Source: Mizuhopecten yessoensis
Lineage: Eukaryota
Assembly (NCBI RefSeq): GCF_002113885.1
Contig: NW_018408622.1
Span: forward strand, 206,312-270,311
Direction of reading: 5' to 3'
Length of the DNA: 64,000 nt
Of this stretch, positions 10,796 to 23,583 are shown one piece after another. The notes beneath the pieces were generated by a model. That model was not told the DNA's origin, did not search any database, and saw nothing but the letters and a program-made list of their open reading frames with translations. Both the position numbers and the translations under genes were made by a program. How positions within the stretch are numbered: the stretch's first letter is position 1; every line of letters begins with the position of its first letter.

Positions 10796-12309
10796 TACAT
10801 GCATTAAAATCCATCTGCTTCGATAGTTCTGGCTGAAGTTCAATGATATCTGCAGATTCAGGATGTCAGTTTAGATAGCAAATACAACGATTCCTATTAC
10901 GGCCATGTAACTATATTTTTCGCTCAAGTCGTTACATTTATAAAATTATTTTATATCTGAAAACGGAGGAATCTGAAGTAGGAACTGTAAATGTCTACTT
11001 TTAGTGCTTTGTGCTCTATATAAGTACCGGAAGTGGGTACGGTAATGTAGCAAAAATATAAATACTTCTTTCCTTTGTTTTTAGAGTTATATCCTCAAAA
11101 GAAAGTTCGATTTAAGTTTATGAATTTTAAATGGGTTTGATGTTCTGATTAATTAATCTATGAAATATTTATAGATAGGACGTTAAACAATACTAAACCA
11201 AACTAAACCAATTTATACTAATTATGGTACCATGAACTTGTAGAGCATGTTTGTGAAAATGAAACAATTACAACCTGGCTGCAAAAACAGTTTAAAATCT
11301 GGATTTAAGCGTGTACTGTTTCCAATTAATGGGGTTTTTTATGATGATCTCCTCTTTGATAACAAGATTTCCTGAAACAAATCGCATCTCATTTATTCTC
11401 CAGAATTGAAATTTAACACCTGTTCAGATACGAAGAATGAATAGGCCTGGTGTATAACAGATAGGAGTACGTCATCAGATGTTGAACAAGCACAGCTCCA
11501 ATAAAATACCAATACCCATTATTTCTTCAGTGTATCTCTTGATTAATCTCAATATCTAATATAACAAAATGTAACATTGTCGTTAATAATAAACAGGTGA
11601 ATAATAGATTAACGTGGGCAGATTCATTATTGCTAGTAAATAAGAAAGCCGACAGCTGGAACCAATATGTTACCCTCAAAACGTGGATTTTATATTGCGC
11701 ATGTTCGATTAAACGTATAGGATTTATTTCCCTTCCTCCGTATGCAAGCCATAAGTCTACTTTAAAAATACTCGAAAGTTAAGGTAAAAAAAAGATTTCT
11801 CCGCAAATAATATACTCAGTGACGCAATCCTACGTCTGCTGGAATTTCCCGTTGTATCAGATTTTTTTATTGTTGTTTTACGACCGATCGACAATTAAAG
11901 TTATTTTCTGCTAATATAATTCCCGAAAAACGAAGCGGGCATGGAGATATATTATGTCAGTTTATTTTTTTCATAAATTGTATTACATAATTAAACACTT
12001 ATATTGCGTAGTTTATCTTAAGATTTACACACATTTGTTTCTTATAAGCTTTGATAACGCAAATGGGAAATTATACATGTAGGTTAGATATTAATTGCAT
12101 AATTTACATTTTAGTACTATCGCCATATGTGATTTAATGTTGTTAATTTGTTTTGATTTTTTTTACTCGAGGGGTCTTTATTTTTTTCTATTTTTTGTCA
12201 TTACAACAGAAACTAACTTCCCATGATTTATTATTCCATATCTCAAAGCAGAGAAATCGAAAGTAGGACATAATTATGTATGTAGTTGTGTCTGAAGAAA
12301 ATGCAAACA

Positions 12310-12472
12310 CTATTATATTAACTGCTTGCAGAAAGAACTTGACTTGCATGAAAGGTAACAGATTTATATGATTGTAACAGTACTTGTTTCTGTTTCCTTT
12401 TCATTAATGTTCAATCATATTTGTATTTATGTATTACACATGTTATGTGAATTAAACGAAGTTTAAACTAAC
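12310..12472 (+). mobile_element. Probable CR1-type 3' terminal fragment (related to 35210-35372)
   Basis: Shares CTTGCAG...AGGTAACA.ATTTA.AT...ACTTGTTT.TGTTTCCTTTTC...AAGTTTAAAC with 35210-35372. Confidence 0.45.
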
Positions 12473-12559
12473 TTGGCTTGCATGATAACCAGGAAAGTCC
12501 TAACTATCCATTTTCAATTTTTATGAACGTCGAAACACAAAATAACGCTTTTGTTTAAC

Positions 12560-12700
12560 ACTCTTTCTGAATACCCACGAATATAAGGATGTGGACCCGC
12601 CTCGTTTGTATTGGATACCAAAACTTCACAAGAATTCTTATATAAAACACAACATAGCGGTGCTTTTTTCTAGTTGACAACACAAACTATTATCCATTTT
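12560..12700 (+). pseudogene. Penelope-like element RT fragment
   Basis: Translates DPPRLYWIPKLHKNSYIKHNIA, the 'LYWIPKLHKxPYK' motif of Penelope-like RTs, then is disrupted. Confidence 0.7.
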
Positions 12701-12702
12701 AT

Positions 12703-12847
12703 AGAGGGGCCACGGTGGCAGCCGCCAGGAACTCCGGCTCCGGCTTTCCTCCATAACCAAAACCTGGCACTTCCTTAAAATGACCATAGCCGTTAATAGG
12801 AAAATGTATAATAGGACGTAAAACACAAACAAACCAAACCAAACCAA
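12703..12847 (+). mobile_element. Internally deleted V-domain SINE with 11-bp TSD
   Basis: TSD ATCCATTTTAT at 12692-12702 and 12848-12858; GGGGCCACGGTGGC head start; V-like CTCCGGCTTTCCTCCA core; tail CCTTAAAATGACC...TAATAGGACGTAAAA followed by (AAACC)n. Confidence 0.8.
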
Positions 12848-13060
12848 ATCCATTTTATGCTATGTTTTACCATGCTTGAAATGACCAGTATATCTTACAT
12901 CATTGATAACCTGTATTAAACAGAACACACCATTACAGATGACACATGCAATGTCTATCTTTACCTTCGACATATTTAAAACTCCATCTTTTAATGTTAA
13001 AGTGGTTCCTTTTAAAACCTTTTTGTTCCCTAGTTCCTTCCTTGGCAATACATAATTTTT

Positions 13061-13422
13061 GGCCCAATTGCTGAGCGTTCGCCCAAGTGTGTTAGGTAAT
13101 GGGTTCTGTCACCAGGCCGGGACAAACGGAATTTCTTATAATGGTAGTTGTTATTCCCTGCTCAACGTTCAGCATTAAGAGTTAACGTAACAACTGGTTT
13201 ACCCGTTGTCAGCATAACTTGACTGGGTGGAATACTGTGCGAGGAGCCTTCGGCATGATATTTTAGTAGGACACTCTCTTAAGTCGGCATCAGATCCGCG
13301 CTATTGCATGGAAGCAAATACACAACGTACCCTGCCTCCTGCACACATACATGGAGGCACGTCCTTAAATGACCTTAGCTGTTACTAGGACGTCAAGCAA
13401 AATAAAGCCAAACCGAACCAAC
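13061..13422 (+). mobile_element. tRNA-headed SINE with Meta (MESC)-like central domain
   Basis: Degenerate tRNA head, then TGGTAGTTGTTATTCCCTGCTCAACGTTCAGCATT...ACTGGTT..CCCGTTGTCAG, then tail GTCCTTAAATGACCTTAGCTGTTACTAGGACG. Co-linear with 19779-20154. Confidence 0.8.
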
Positions 13423-16400
13423 CTTTAATTCCTGCTGTTGTTGTCATTTTGTTTATCGATTTTAACTCTGGATGTTGTCCAATTGTTTGGTAGGAACATA
13501 CCAGTATGTCGTTTTCAAGGATATAACAGAAATTTGAAAAGTGTTCCTAAATACTTAATTAGTATGTATATTCTACTGTCGGAGCAATGCAAAAATCTCT
13601 GCATCATCTATGCTAATCGCTTTCTTAATAAGTGGCTGTTAGGTTTGTAGTTTATTACAGGATAATACCAACAAGCAAGCCATGGCACATGTAAGAACGC
13701 CTTTCATAGAATCATGATTTATTTGATTATCACATAGCCGTGATGTATCCGAGTGTCACCAGGTTGTGGCTTATAGGAGTAACATGAAACCATGTTATAC
13801 ATTAGTATGCCGAAAAAAACCTAGGTGTGCATATCTACAATGTAAATGGATCTATCAGAACTGACAAAATGCATTAAACAGGTTTCTATACGCTGATAAA
13901 TACAAATGTATGCTCTGTAATCCAAGAGTGCATGTACATTACGTTAATATGACAAATCTGCCATGTAAATCAAGAACATGTACATGGGTAATTTCACCGT
14001 AACAAGCACAAGACGTTCCGCGCCAAGTTTGGCCTGTTGCAGATAAGCCATTTATACCTTCGTACAATTGTTACTAGAATATATCTTGATTGTCAAAAAC
14101 AGAAGTAGTTCATTTCCTCATTGCTTTAATATTTCCTCATTGTTTTTTAATCAGGGTTAGCCTTTATCAGTCAAGATAATTTAAATACTGTCGGTTTTAA
14201 CAAATGTTGCCTGTCTAAAAGAATAGCCGTGTCATTGGTCTAAACTTAATACGTTTTTCATGTGATGCTAATCTGGCAGAGTTTGACAGACGCTCCCCCT
14301 GTGTGATTATAGTCAACTCCCTGAAGAGTGTTGGTGTTTAGTAGGTATTCATTTTTCATCCGTTAATAAAGTATCTTAGTAATTAAATGCATATTTTAAA
14401 TTAAATTCGACGATTTTATTTCAATAACAAAACGATATGTTATCGATGATTTTCTAAAAGGAATCGTATGAAGAAATTAAAAATTTCTTGAAAACTTTTA
14501 TTGTTTTGAAAGATTGCAATAATTTGATAATATATGTATCGCATGTTTGCTTTCAAAACACTTGATTTTCAAGTTTTATTTATAAGATGCAAAACAAATC
14601 AAGATTTGACACTGGGGTTGAAGCAAACGACCTGGACTCCCACAGCTATCTGTGAGTGACGATAACCATCTGATGGTAGTGACGGACATTTCGTATTTAC
14701 GTGTGGGTGACATATAATACCATTAGCATGAACCATGATAATCCGGCCTCTTTGATATATGAATTACAAATTACGGATGCGTGGTAGATGTTTAACAATG
14801 AGAAACAGGTGTCATCCATTGTTCTCATAAGCCAGAAAACCCCTTAATGACTGAAATATTGTCCATGAAATGAGATAAAAATGTTTTAATGTTGTAGATC
14901 GTGTGCTAAAATGCATACAATTCGTTGACAAAATATTTCCCATTTATGCAATATTTTGTTTCATTTTTACGGCAAAATAACGGTGCACTCTACATGGAAA
15001 ATATGGCGACTTTAATTAATGAGCGTTAGGGAAATCGTCGATGGTTTCCAAGGGAACGATTTCGGTAATTCATGCATGTTAAGAAAGAAAACAAATGTTT
15101 TAAACAACTTCGTTTGAATGCATAACACAATATCGAATCAATGACACCTGAATGATACCGTTGATCTGGTAGTATGTGATACGTATGATAGTCATATTTT
15201 AAGACAATCACGTAGTATTTGTTTGTGTGTTTGGTATGTAACGTCCTGGCAACAACTAAGATCACGTGGAAACGGGTTCATAGGGAGATACCGACGAATG
15301 GAAAGAGTGGAGGAATGAGAAAAGAAAAGATACAGACTCCAAGCGTTGGAATAGGCCGGGGTAGCTGATCAATTTTGATTTCTTCAATGTTTACAAAACC
15401 GACGACACAGATGAAAACTCCCGATTCTGTCTCCTGAAACGCAGTGGAGTACCTTAGGTCTATAATTATTTCCCTAAACCTAAGAAGATAGATCACGTAT
15501 TATATATCTGAAATAACAAATAGCATTATGGAAAAAGGTAACACCTATTTGAAAAAAAAAGATACACTGTCTTACAAACACATATTTGGGAAGCGAATAT
15601 ATCGTAACATGTATGAAAGTTAGAAAGCTTGAAACGCATTTATCAACATCTACGAGAGTTGTATTGGTACATGTACATACAGTAGAACCATGTGCGTGAC
15701 ACGGTTTATGTTTCAGATGATATATATCTGTCTTATCAAGTGTTGTTACAAATGTAATTTGATTCTTACACTTTTTCCATAGCAGCAGATTATGACACGT
15801 AACAGTGTTTTTTATTTTATTTTTACCTTCTAATATTCTTTTCCTTGTTTTTCAAACTTCGTTTACGTGGGTGAGGTTTTGGGAGCAAGATTCATAAAAA
15901 GATCATACTGTGCATGTCCTATTGAAAGATGAAATATGGAGTTAGAACTCGGGAGAATAGCTAGCATACATGCAGGTGTGCATAACTTTATCAACGTCAG
16001 ATAAAGACGTATTTCTGTTCAATCTTCCTATCTCCCAAATATCCTGCCGAACTCTGCACTTCAGAAGCACGTGATTTCGTTGGGCGTGTCCAATTGATCA
16101 GTCTGGGAAGATTGGGCTGCTTCAGGCGAACACGGATAGGGACGGATCAAATAACTCTGCCATCTTTGTTGTAACGTCAGACATGCGAATGCCCTACTGT
16201 TTTATGGAGGCTGTGGTTAATAAACTGTACCATTAACATTGAATAATAATGGGTCGTGTGGATCTATATATGAAAGAACGCCACGCTCGTCTCACGATAT
16301 TTATATCTTTATACGAAACTATTAAATATCCGGTAAATTTTACTATAATGATACACCGAAGATATTTAATGGCATGCGGTTAAATATCATATATGTTTCA

Positions 16401-18403
16401 CGTGTATGGCAGAACATGGAGAAAAAGCACAAGTGAAAATATTGGTATATTCCGGCATACGATTAAAATATATATGGTATTCATACAGAAAAACAATTGT
16501 TTATTTAATAACTCCTTAAATAAAACCGACCAAAGCTGCGCCAAAACAGTTCTGGGATTAGTAGCGTAGTATCTGATGGCAGGTTCTTCTAACGTACGCT
16601 TGACAACAAGACTGTGCTCCATTTTGAATGGGTTACTCAATTCAATTCAGCCGTTTTCTGGAGGTTTCTTAATTTAAAAAAAATATGGTATGGGTTGCGT
16701 ACGTAGCAACTTACAACCCTTAGAGTGCGAAGTAAATCTACCGTCGTTTCATTTGCTGCTGAAGGTAAAATAAAAATCTACGGCTTTGTATGAAATGAAC
16801 AGAAAGAACCTTCCGGTAAATCAACACTGACAGTGATACATGTACATATTCTTATGTAAGTTCAGTAAAGTTGATAATTTCTGATATTTCACTGGTGAAA
16901 ATGAAGTCAAAGCGTTGATCAGGGCGTGGGATACAAAGTTACAGACGGAGTCATCTGTCACGAGCCACGGAAGGAGCTGGTAAGACAGGGGATTTGTGTG
17001 AAGATTAATTTGACTATGCAGTAAAGAATTTTGATACTAGTTCATCTGTCTAACTGTACACCAGCACCAGCATTGTCCAATGGCGCGAGTACTTAAAAAG
17101 GTTTTGGTATATCACGAATGAGCATTTCATGTGCTCCAAAGAATAAGCGCAAGCCCAAAACAGCCTCAGGACGCGCGCATGATGACAGAACGGCGATTTT
17201 TTTCGGATTCGCGGAAAAGTTGCCAGTAACCGGACCCATTGCAGGATCGCAATTGACCGCGGACACATCATTTCCTCGAGTGCTACCTCTAATCCGGGCA
17301 TTTCCATGGGACACAGTTTTATTGATCTTTTGTTTAACACAAAACACTTGTTGTTGCTCAATTTGCTGTAATAAAGCGTCTTCATTGGACTGTTTGACAC
17401 TTTAGTTGGTGATAGGGTCCTAATAACCGTGTAATTTCGTCGCTCTCTGATAGAAAACCCTGGATACGTCCTTATCACCAGGACGATAAAATATATTCAA
17501 CCTCTGATACTTATATCCGGCTCTGGAGTAGCTTATCAACGGTAACACCTACAACTCATTCTTCAGTAAGTAAAGAAATCACAGTAGAAATATGTTTTGT
17601 GCCCCTTGGGCCTGTGTCGCTTCCCTGCACCGGGACCATATTATGTGTCTAGATATACATGTATGTGGCCCTTTCTGCCCCTTGCTCCAGCACTGTCTGG
17701 ATCTGTGTGGCTCTGGATCAGTACCGTTCATGACGTCCTCTGAACCTGGATCGAATGTCTAGATCGTTGTAGCTCGTTACGCTAGGCTCAGGATGGTTCG
17801 TGGCGCCCTATGTACTAATACCTACTAATCATTAACAGCCGTTCATACACCTACCCGCTTCCTTACAAGTCGTCAAATCCGGAATACCAATTCCCGAATC
17901 TATTATAAGTCAGTCTTGTATGTGATATAGGAATTAAATTGCGTCTTCACTAGCGGCTCAAGCTGGATCTCAATTTGAGAATTTCCATGTGTGTTTAAGA
18001 TTGTTATTTTCGTTTTGAAATTTTGCACGGATAATTGTGTTATGTCATAGTTATTTGGCGACGCGCATATCATATACATCGGGAAACGATTTCTTAAATA
18101 ATTACCCGCTTCAGTGTTAACAAATCCTTTTACACCGAATGGATATCAGGTTGAAACTCTCATTTTTTAAAACCCGATACGGCAGTCCCATTACTGACAG
18201 CGGGGTACCCACTATTACGATGGCAAAATATAGTGTGGTCCAAACATAACACGCCATTAGGTCCCCTACACATAGGAAATTCGAACTTTCCATTACTGAG
18301 TGTTAAAAGCAGGTTAGTGGCGATAATTTGTTATATGTGCCTTATCGAGGCCCTGGTGTCCGACTCCGGTGAGGAGCCGAATCGGCCTCCATGGCGCTCA
18401 GCG

Positions 18404-18681
18404 TTAGGGAGTTTTGTTACCGCTACTTAATTATGACGAATAGGGGTTTTGACAAAAATATTCAATTTTAAAGCATAAGATTACCTCGTCGTACCAAATT
18501 ACACGCAGTTTATTTTCTCCTGCTTTCAATTTTATTTTAGAGGCATTATTACTTCATTGTACCAAATTACATGATACTTTTTTATCTCTGCTTTCGTTTC
18601 AATTTTAAGCATATGATTACTTCAGCGTACCGAATTACATGAAACTTTTTCTTTCGCTTTCTTTGCATGTAATGTCCCTAA
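18404..18681. mobile_element. Possible MITE (TTAGGGA...TCCCTAA) with three ~67-bp internal repeats
   Basis: Inverted ends CGTTAGGGA (18402-18410) and TCCCTAACG (18675-18683); internal repeats ATTAC.TC...GTACC.AATTACA at about 18480, 18548 and 18617. Confidence 0.45.
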
Positions 18682-19778
18682 CGAGAGTAGACTGGCGTCT
18701 GGACGGGAAGAGGGCGTCATACACATTATACGGAGCCAGACGAAATGGGTGACACAAACCATACCAATTAGCGAACTAGAGAAGTGTTCTCATCAATTAG
18801 CCGCTGATGCTATCTCAACGTCGGGTTTGACCACGAGACGGAACGTGAGCACGAGCTGCATAAAGGTTGTCACTTTTATCAATGACTATCTTGCAAGGCA
18901 GTTCAAGGTTATTCGTTACAAAGTGCTTGGTAAGTCCGTGATATCAACTTTTCTTAAATTTCACAATGGATCCAGATTTAATTTATAAAACGTTCAAGTT
19001 TAAACTGTAAAAACTTCTAATGAACAAATGCTTTCAAATGCATACACCAGCTGAGCCAACTACTGTGTGGCTCTAAGATGAACGTAAACAGAGACATGCT
19101 ATATACGTCTCTGACGTAACACAAACATGTGATTTCATTTGTTGTAATAAATACAATAAGCCATAATGCATTACACTTTATCATCCATCTGTTTCGTCCT
19201 TCTAGGACTTATCGGAGATACTAGGGGCCAAAAAGTTAGAAATCCAAATAGTTTAAACTACTGTTAAAACAGAGAGGCAGTTGCGTAAAACCCCTTAATT
19301 ATGAATTTAACGATTGAAGGAGATCGCGTTCATATCAAATCAAATAATCTGTAAAGAGTGTATGTTATGAACCACTACTCAAAAGAGTTAACTGTGGCCA
19401 TCAAGGTATCAACTCGTAAAGTCTACCACCTTGTAACGTGAAAGATGAAACACGAAATAATGAAGCTCCTATTTCAACCTTTAGTTAAACGATACAGAAT
19501 ACCAAACAAAATCAACATTTACTGCGCCATACGGCCCCATTTTGTCCATTTAGGACCCCCTGCAGGTTACACTTTTACCCACTGCATATATCGTAAGAAG
19601 CGACCAATGTGTGAACCGCCTGCAGAATTTGGGATTTGCTTTGGTGTCCTCTACTTTGGGACACAAAAGCGATCAAAATAAATCTGCTGCACCCATTGCA
19701 ACATTTAGAATCTTTACCTTTCTTTCTACCTCTAAATACCCTTTAGTTCCTATTGCATCACTTGGCAAAACCTCACTT

Positions 19779-20154
19779 CTGGTTTTAATGTTGAGCATTT
19801 GCCCAGGTGAGGAAGGTCGTGGATTCTGTCCCCATGCCGGGACATACCAAGTCCTTCACAATGGTAGTTGTTATTCCCTGCTTAACGTTTAGCATTTAGA
19901 ATAATGGCAACAACTGGTTCACACGTTGACAGTATAATGTGACCGGGCGGGATTCTGTGCTGGGTGGCTTCAGCATGTTATTTCAGTGAGGTAGCACTAT
20001 AAATCCGGCATGAGATCAGAGCTATCACAAGAAGACAAGTACACCAACAAACCCTGTATCCGGCACACATGCACGCATACACAACATACACGGAGGCATG
20101 TCCTTAAATGACCTTAGCTGTTAATAGGACGTTAAACAAAATAAAACCCAATCC
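19779..20154 (+). mobile_element. tRNA-headed Meta-domain SINE, second copy
   Basis: Same body as 13061-13422, including TTCAGTGAGGTAGCACTATAAA; tail GTCCTTAAATGACCTTAGCTGTTAATAGGACGTTAAACAAAATAAAACC. Confidence 0.85.
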
Positions 20155-22572
20155 GACTAGGACACATCATTGTTCAAATTCCTTTCAGCAATGAATTTAT
20201 TATTGTTTAAGAAAATAGCAATTTCAAGAAATTCAAATTGTCTGAGCATAACATTAAATTAACAAGTTAATGATTTAAGACAGCCACTAAAACACCCCAC
20301 ACAAAAATGTTTTTGACGATGAAGATCACTTCTGTCACCAATATGGTTCTCATCTACAACTAAGAATATTTTTACTTACTGTATACGGAGTCGCTTACTG
20401 ATTTTGATATAATTTTATTGAAGGTGTTTACAGATTTTGATAGAACCTAAGTTTTATTGATAGTGTTTCACTGATTTTGATAGCATTTTATTGATATTGA
20501 TAGTCGATTGTTTGTCATATCTTTAGTAAAATAAATAGTGTTATAGATATTGTTTTATTAATATTGGTATTATCCTACCGATATTGGTAGCATGCCACTT
20601 ATATTGATACATATAAAGTACATAGCAGATGTGAATTGTATCTATCTGAAGTCGATGATATCTACGTGGTGTTTATAATATCCTACTGAAATTTAAAGTA
20701 TATTAATGAAAATGATTGCATCATCTTTATGTTAGGATATTATCTGTAATAAAAGAGTCGGCTTGGCAGATATCTTCCTTCAGAGTTTTGCAAAAACAAA
20801 TACAACATGTCAATGGCTGTTTGATAAACTTAACACTGCAGTGAAACTAATCTGTCATTTCAGAAGGACTTGTTACCATCCAATCTGTCGAGAGTGATAT
20901 TGGCACATTTAAATTCAAATTGAGAAAATCTCACTAGATTTATCTTATCAGACCATCTTTCCCAATGTCAAGTGTGAATGGCACTGTTTCTAAACGACTC
21001 CGTTTGTCAGTAGAAATGCTGGTGACCAGCGAAAGTGAGATATATCGTCATGGGGAGGGACAATATCTTTTGTATGCGAATGAAATTTTCTTACGGGTGT
21101 CAGCACCGTCGTAGGAATCAGACAGAAATGTTTTTTTTTTTTCTAAAATTGTCGTAATTAAGTCGTTGATATGTTGACAGATAAACACTGAGTGTTCCGT
21201 CATTGACAAGTAAATACAAAAATCTCATGGTAAACAACTTTTATCAGATTGGACGTTTTTGTGCGATGTTACAATGCTTCTCTTTATATTTGGATTGTGA
21301 ATACAAATTATTTCCATTCACATTCAGTGCTGGTTTCTTCAGTCATGAAATTTCATGAAAGCAAAGAATTTCTATTTCCTGATGACTGCAATTACCGCCA
21401 GTGAAACATCGCATGTCAGACGTGAGATCCTGTTAAGTAATGGCGACTAGCCTTGGAAACTAGTCTGAAAGTATACCGATTAAAGGTATTCTTGATCAGA
21501 TAAATCGCTAGCCTGTTCTTGAGCTTGCATGACAGTGACAACGAAGGACTTTCTACATTTTAGCGGCACAAATTGCCTTCGACGTAGGCCGTAAAACGTC
21601 TCCGAAAGCTGCCTATCAGTCCGAGTATCTTCACAGTGACAGCGCCTACCATTCAGATTGGTACTTTGTACAAAACCGAGGCGTATCTACGAGATGGGCT
21701 GACACGACACTGCGGGTGAGCCATTATTTGACGACGATCCAGTATCTTGAGAAGAAGAAAAACACTCTTTTCCAATCTTTATGCAATAGAGGTCTTGGTG
21801 TCAGAGCACAACAAGCTAAATATACATATATATCTAAAACATTGATGCAAGATTGATAACGGCATTTTTTTTCATCAGAAAGAAAAACAGTTTTACCGTT
21901 TACTTTAGCCTTTTTCACCCTCCGTAATGAGGGCTAATCAATCAATACAACAAATATCTGTAGTGTACAATGTATAAAGATATCATATACATCCATATGT
22001 AGTTATTAAATTAAAGGGGTGAAATTAGCAAAGGGTGAATATTGGCTTACCGGCGAAGGGCGAAAGTTTGACTGGGCGAAAGTGATCAGGTTTTTAGTAT
22101 CATGTTACATAATCTGGTGGGTTTTTTTTATACATTAAGAATCATGTAAATATATATTTGTCTAAGTTGGGGACCTCACATTATATTGAGTAGTCTGTGT
22201 AAAATTAACGTTTATTCTTACTGTTGGGATCAGTATGTCAAAGACGCTTGTGTGGCCTCGTATCATATGGTGGTCCCTCCAGACACATGGCCCACTAATG
22301 ACACTTTCTCCGTGCACATTCTTCAGAGCAATTACCGAAATGAATCCAACGTACAGCACCTGAGTGTCTGCCTGGGGTCGTAGTTTACGACTGTGAGATT
22401 GAAATATACGGGTAGCGAATCATACACCACACACTCAGTGTAGACCGATACTTTCTCACACTACACGATGTTTGTTTTAAAAAAGCACGATTACTATTAC
22501 GTCGTAATTTTCCTTTTTATAACGTTTGATTCTCTGAGATCAGGTGATGACACTGATTTTGTGTCAGTTGAA

Positions 22573-23583
22573 ATTGCTGTTTAAACTAGATTTGAACTCG
22601 TATGGAAACGCGCTGCCACGGTCAGTTGCTGTTTAAACTAGATTTGGACTCGTGTGGTAACGTGCTGCCACGGTCATTTGCTTTTTAACCAGATTTGGAC
22701 TCGTGTGGTAACGTGCTGCCACGGTCATTTGCTGTTTAAACTAGATTTGAACTCGTGTGGTAACGTGCTGCCACGGTCAGTTGCTGTTTAAACTAGATTT
22801 GGACTCGTGTGGTAACGTGCTGCCCCGGTCATTTGCTTTTTAACCAGATTTGGACTCGTGTGGGAACGTGCTGCCACGGTCAGTTGCTGTTTAAACTAGA
22901 TTTGGACTCGTGTGGTAACGTGCTGCCCCGGTCATTTGCTTTTTAACCAGATTTGGACTCGTGTGGGAACGTGCTGCCACGGTCAGTTGCTGTTTAAACT
23001 AGATTTGGACTCGTGGGGTAACGTGCTGCCACGGTCATTTGCTGTTTAAACTAGATTTGGACTCGTGTGGTAACGTGCTGCCCCGGTCATTTGCTTTTTA
23101 ACCAGATTTGGACTCGTGTGGGAACGTGCTGCCACGGTCAGTTGCTGTTTAAACTATATTTGGTCTCGTGTGGTAACGTGCTGCCACGGTCATTTGCTTT
23201 TTAACCAGATTTGGACTCGTGTGGGAACGTGCTGCCACGGTCAGTTGCTGTTTAAACTAGATTTGAACTCGTTTGGTAACGTGCTGCCACGGTCAGTTGC
23301 TGTTTAAACTAGATTTGAACTCGTTTGGTAACGTGCTGCCACGGTCAGTTGCTGTTTAAACTAGATTTGAACTCGTTTGGTAACGTGCTGCCACGGTCAG
23401 TTGCTGTTTAAACTAAATTTGGACTCGAGTGGTAACGTGCTGCCACGGTCAGTTGCTGTTTAAACTAGATTTGGACTCGTGTGGTAACGTGCTGCCCCGG
23501 TCATTTGCTTTTTAACCAGATTTGGACTCGTGTGGTAACGTGCTGCCACGGTCAGTTGCTGTTTTATCTAGGTTCGGACTCGT
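22573..23583. repeat. 52/51-bp minisatellite, about 19-20 copies
   Basis: Unit GTTGCTGTTTAAACTAGATTTGGACTCGTGTGGTAACGTGCTGCCACGGTCA (52 bp) and variant TTTGCTTTTTAACCAGATTTGG... (51 bp), head to tail with no spacers. Confidence 0.97.

Noticed and set aside
17050-17478. Overlapping ORFs up to 142 aa
   Set aside because: No recognisable domain or splice pattern; probably a CpG-rich repeat remnant that I cannot assign.
22573-23583. CRISPR-like regular repeats
   Set aside because: Units are contiguous with no unique spacers, there are no cas genes, and the context is eukaryotic.
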